Part shown: positions 60,807 to 64,000 of the stretch, one piece after another
Layout: the number at the start of each line of letters is the position of its first letter
Numbering within the stretch: position 1 is the first letter of the stretch
Assembly: GCA_964016885.1 (NCBI GenBank)
Contig: OZ024740.1
Location: 257,486,001 to 257,550,000, forward strand
DNA length: 64,000 bases
Origin: Eledone cirrhosa
Lineage: Eukaryota
Reading direction: 5' to 3'
Program-made: the position numbers and the translations under genes
Notes under the pieces: model-generated
What the model saw: only the letters and a program-made list of their open reading frames with translations
Told to the model about the DNA's origin: nothing
Databases searched by the model: none

Positions 60807-61215
60807 ATATATATATATTTTTTTTAAATTTATTTATCTATTCTTTTATTCACTTATTTGTTTATTTATTTATTTATGTATTTCTTCAGCCTAGCAATAG
60901 CGAGAGACTTAAGTCTTAGTAACCAGATTTTGCTTATATTTTTTTTCTCTCTCAGTACCTTTTACAGTTTTACCTTTCATTGTTCTACTTACCGTTTCGA
61001 CCTCCTCCCCCCCCCCCCCAGTATCTTCTTTGACCTCACACCCAGCTGTAGCTGGCACTACCTACGCATGAATGGGTCTACTCCACCCCCTCTCCCCTTT
61101 TCTCCTACTGGCAAATTTAGCTACCCCTTCCCCCACCAACTTGCCATCACAGATTTACTACTAACTTGTGATGTGACCAATCCTGGTGATTTACTCTTTG
61201 ACCATATATGGAATT

Positions 61216-61310
61216 ACCCCTTGATAAGTTCGGCTATTTAAATACCAGAATTAATTTTTCATTCAGTACAGAATTAGCCGTCGAAACGGCTTGAGCTCAG
61301 CCGTCGGGGT
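61216..61310 (+). ncRNA. Type-I hammerhead with U3-A8 core (family E)
   Basis: acccc TTGATAA gttcggcta...tagccgtc GAAA cggct-tgagctc-agccg TC ggggt; inverted copy at 57945-58039. Confidence 0.85.
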
Positions 61311-61401
61311 CTTACTTGTTCCTATTACCCACTCTACTACCCTAAGTATTGAGTACTTTGGTGCGTTATGGTTCACCTGGTTCCTTACCACATTTCCTTT
61401 G

Positions 61402-61464
<63 letters not shown>

Positions 61465-61469
<5 letters not shown>

Positions 61470-62935
61470 CATCCACAGAATTTAGTAAAATCCATGGAAA
61501 AATCTATAGACCTTTAACTCATGATAAAACAAAGTTTGAAACACTTATCCTTCAATTTGGAATAACATCAAATGCTCTGTATAGTCTTAAAAGACTATTT
61601 CATGAAAACTTTCAGTGGAGATGGTCACGGTTGGAACATCATTCATCAGCAGAGCTCAACAGAAAACCAGGGCTCTCACAGTAATATAGTCCGAAAAAGG
61701 GAATTCTAAAACTGGCTAGTTCGCCTTCATGTGTATTTATGAAAAAGCACATGAGGAAAAAACGGGGCTAGTGACGTCAGGATGGAAGTGAATGTTTATT
61801 TACAAGAAATAGCAGTCAAATACATTCTGAAAAAAAACTCTACAAGGAGTTCAGCAAAATAGCAATAATTATCACAGTTTTTATGAAAAAAACCGGGACT
61901 AGTCACAGATAGTTTAAGCACTCTAGGAAAAGAATCCGAGTATAAATATAAATGAGACGTATAGAGATTGTTTTAGCAAGAAGCTAACGGCATTCTATAA
62001 CATATATGCGACTATAACGTCAAGATGGGAAAAGTAGTTAACGAAAGATTTAGGAAATATAACTCAAACTCATCTCAAAAGAGAATCAGGATACAAATTC
62101 ATCCACAGAATTTAGTAAAATCCATGGAAAAATCTATAGACCTTTAACTCATGATAAACAAAGTTTGAAACACTTATCCTTCAATTTGGAATAACATCAA
62201 ATGCTCTGTATAGTTTTAAAAGACTATTTCATGAAAACTTTCAGTGGAGATGGTCACGGTTGGAACATCATTCATCAGCAGAGCTCAACAGAAAACCAGG
62301 GCTCTCACAGTAATATAGTCCGAAAAAGGGAATTCTAAAACTGGCTAGTTCGCCTTCATGTGTATTTATGAAAAAGCACATGAGGAAAAAACGGGGCTAG
62401 TGACGTCAGGATGGAAGTGAATGTTTATTTACAAGAAATAGCAGTCAAATACATTCTGAAAAAAAACTCTACAAGGAGTTCAGCAAAATAGCAATAATTA
62501 TCACAGTTTTTATGAAAAAAACCGGGATTAGTCACAGATAGTTTAAGCACTCTAGGAAAAGAATCCGAGTATAAATATAAATGAGACGTATAGAGATTGT
62601 TTTAGCAAGACTTCTGATGAATGATATTCCAACCGTGACCATCTCCACTGAACGTTTTCATGAAATAGTCTTTTAAGACTATACAGAGCATTTGATGTTA
62701 TTCCAAATTGAAGGATAAGTGTTTCAAACTTTGTTTTATCATGAGTTAAAGGTCTATAGATTTTTCCATGGATTTTACTAAATTCTGTGGATGAATTTGT
62801 ATCCTGATTCTCTTTTGAGATGAGTTTGAGTTATTTTTCCTAAATCTTTCGTCAACTACTTTTCCCATCTTGACGTTATAGTCGCATATATGTTATAGAA
62901 TGCCGTTAGTTTCTTGCTAAAACAATCTCTATACG

Positions 62936-62941
<6 letters not shown>
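61465..62941 (-). mobile_element. ORF-less HHR repeat: ~630-bp tandem plus inverted copy (retrozyme-like)
   Basis: Units 61465-62094 and 62095-62610; 62614-62941 is the reverse complement of ~61952-62278; flanked by (TA)n. Confidence 0.88.
61574..61655 (-). ncRNA. Type-I hammerhead ribozyme, canonical core
   Basis: gctctg CTGATGA atga...tcat GAAA tagtctt-tt-aagacta TA cagagc; second copy at 62203-62284. Confidence 0.9.
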
Positions 62942-63005
<64 letters not shown>

Positions 63006-63049
63006 ATATCGGCTTAGCTGCGGCTCGAGCTTCGAATATGCTGTACTTT

Positions 63050-63151
63050 CATTTATATATATGTTGTGTGCGTGTGTATGTGTATATATATTTGTAGAGA
63101 TGTGTATGTATATATATATATATGGGTGCATAATTGTCTGACCGTGTGTAT

Positions 63152-63186
<35 letters not shown>

Positions 63187-63284
63187 TATATATATATATA
63201 TATTTATATGTATATATATATATATATATGTGTATGTATATGTGTGTGTATGTGTGTATATATATTTATGTGTATGTATATATC

Positions 63285-63315
<31 letters not shown>

Positions 63316-63664
63316 ATGTATATCTCTTTATTTATGTATGTCTGAGTTGTGTGTGAGCGTGTGGTTGTATGTGTATATACATACATGGATATGTGTATGT
63401 GTGTGTATATATACGTATATGTATGTGTGTGTGTGTATATATATATGTGCGTGTATGTATGTATATATATGTGTGTATATATGTGTGTATATATATGTGT
63501 GTATATGTATATATGTATATGTATGTATGTATGTATGTATGTGTATGTACATATATGTGTATATATATGTGTGTGTTGTGAATATATGTATATATATATG
63601 TGTGTATGTGTGTGTCTATGTATTTATATATGTATATGTATGTGTCTCTATATATATATGTATG

Positions 63665-63704
<40 letters not shown>

Positions 63705-63915
63705 TATATGTATATCGGTGTGTATTTTATGTATGAGTATATATTTTACTTGTTTATTTCTTTTTAATATATTTTTCTTTTTATTTCTAAATTTATAGAT
63801 ACATTTTATAAATAGGCAGTTGTCTGACACCCTCAGTAATTACTGACCCCCTTTACCTACTTCTGCATCTAGATGTAAATATATGTGGCAGTGTTTATGT
63901 GCGCCTTAATATCCA
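63050..63915 (+). mobile_element. Microsatellite-rich 3' UTR fragment related to PLE B
   Basis: 63790-63900 resembles 41756-41890 (atttatagatacattt..gtctgaca..tactgacccc). Confidence 0.55.
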
Positions 63916-63939
63916 TATAGTTATAATAATAATATATAC

Positions 63940-64000
<61 letters not shown>

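Larger units (their letters stand above)
57931..61403 (+). mobile_element. Naiad-type PLE (family E), 5'-truncated, with inverted pLTR
   Basis: Arms 57931-58687 and 60497-61324. Confidence 0.93.

Overview
AT-rich eukaryotic DNA, most likely octopus or another coleoid cephalopod judging from the SINE, MITE and microsatellite repertoire. I find no host protein-coding gene; most ORF-track entries are (TA)n/(TG)n/(GA)n translations. The window is a nest of Penelope-like retroelements (PLEs, RT + GIY-YIG): six Naiad-type and two Neptune-type copies. Most have an inverted pseudo-LTR (pLTR) at the 5' end and sit between (TA)n tracts. Also present are tRNA-derived SINEs, LINE fragments and two MITEs. 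Reading the pLTRs by eye gives more than 20 type-I hammerhead ribozyme (HHR) motifs. Several families carry a compensated U3-A8 core, one carries U4A, and some have stem II/loop 2 regions of 55-115 nt. Three ORF-less tandem-plus-inverted HHR units resemble retrozymes. The most novel-looking signal is a second conserved RNA structure: a bulged hairpin RCUC-stem-loop-stem-UH-GAGY-N-CU lying 25-70 nt downstream of the HHR cleavage site in seven otherwise dissimilar repeats, with covarying stems. All folds were done by eye and are untested.
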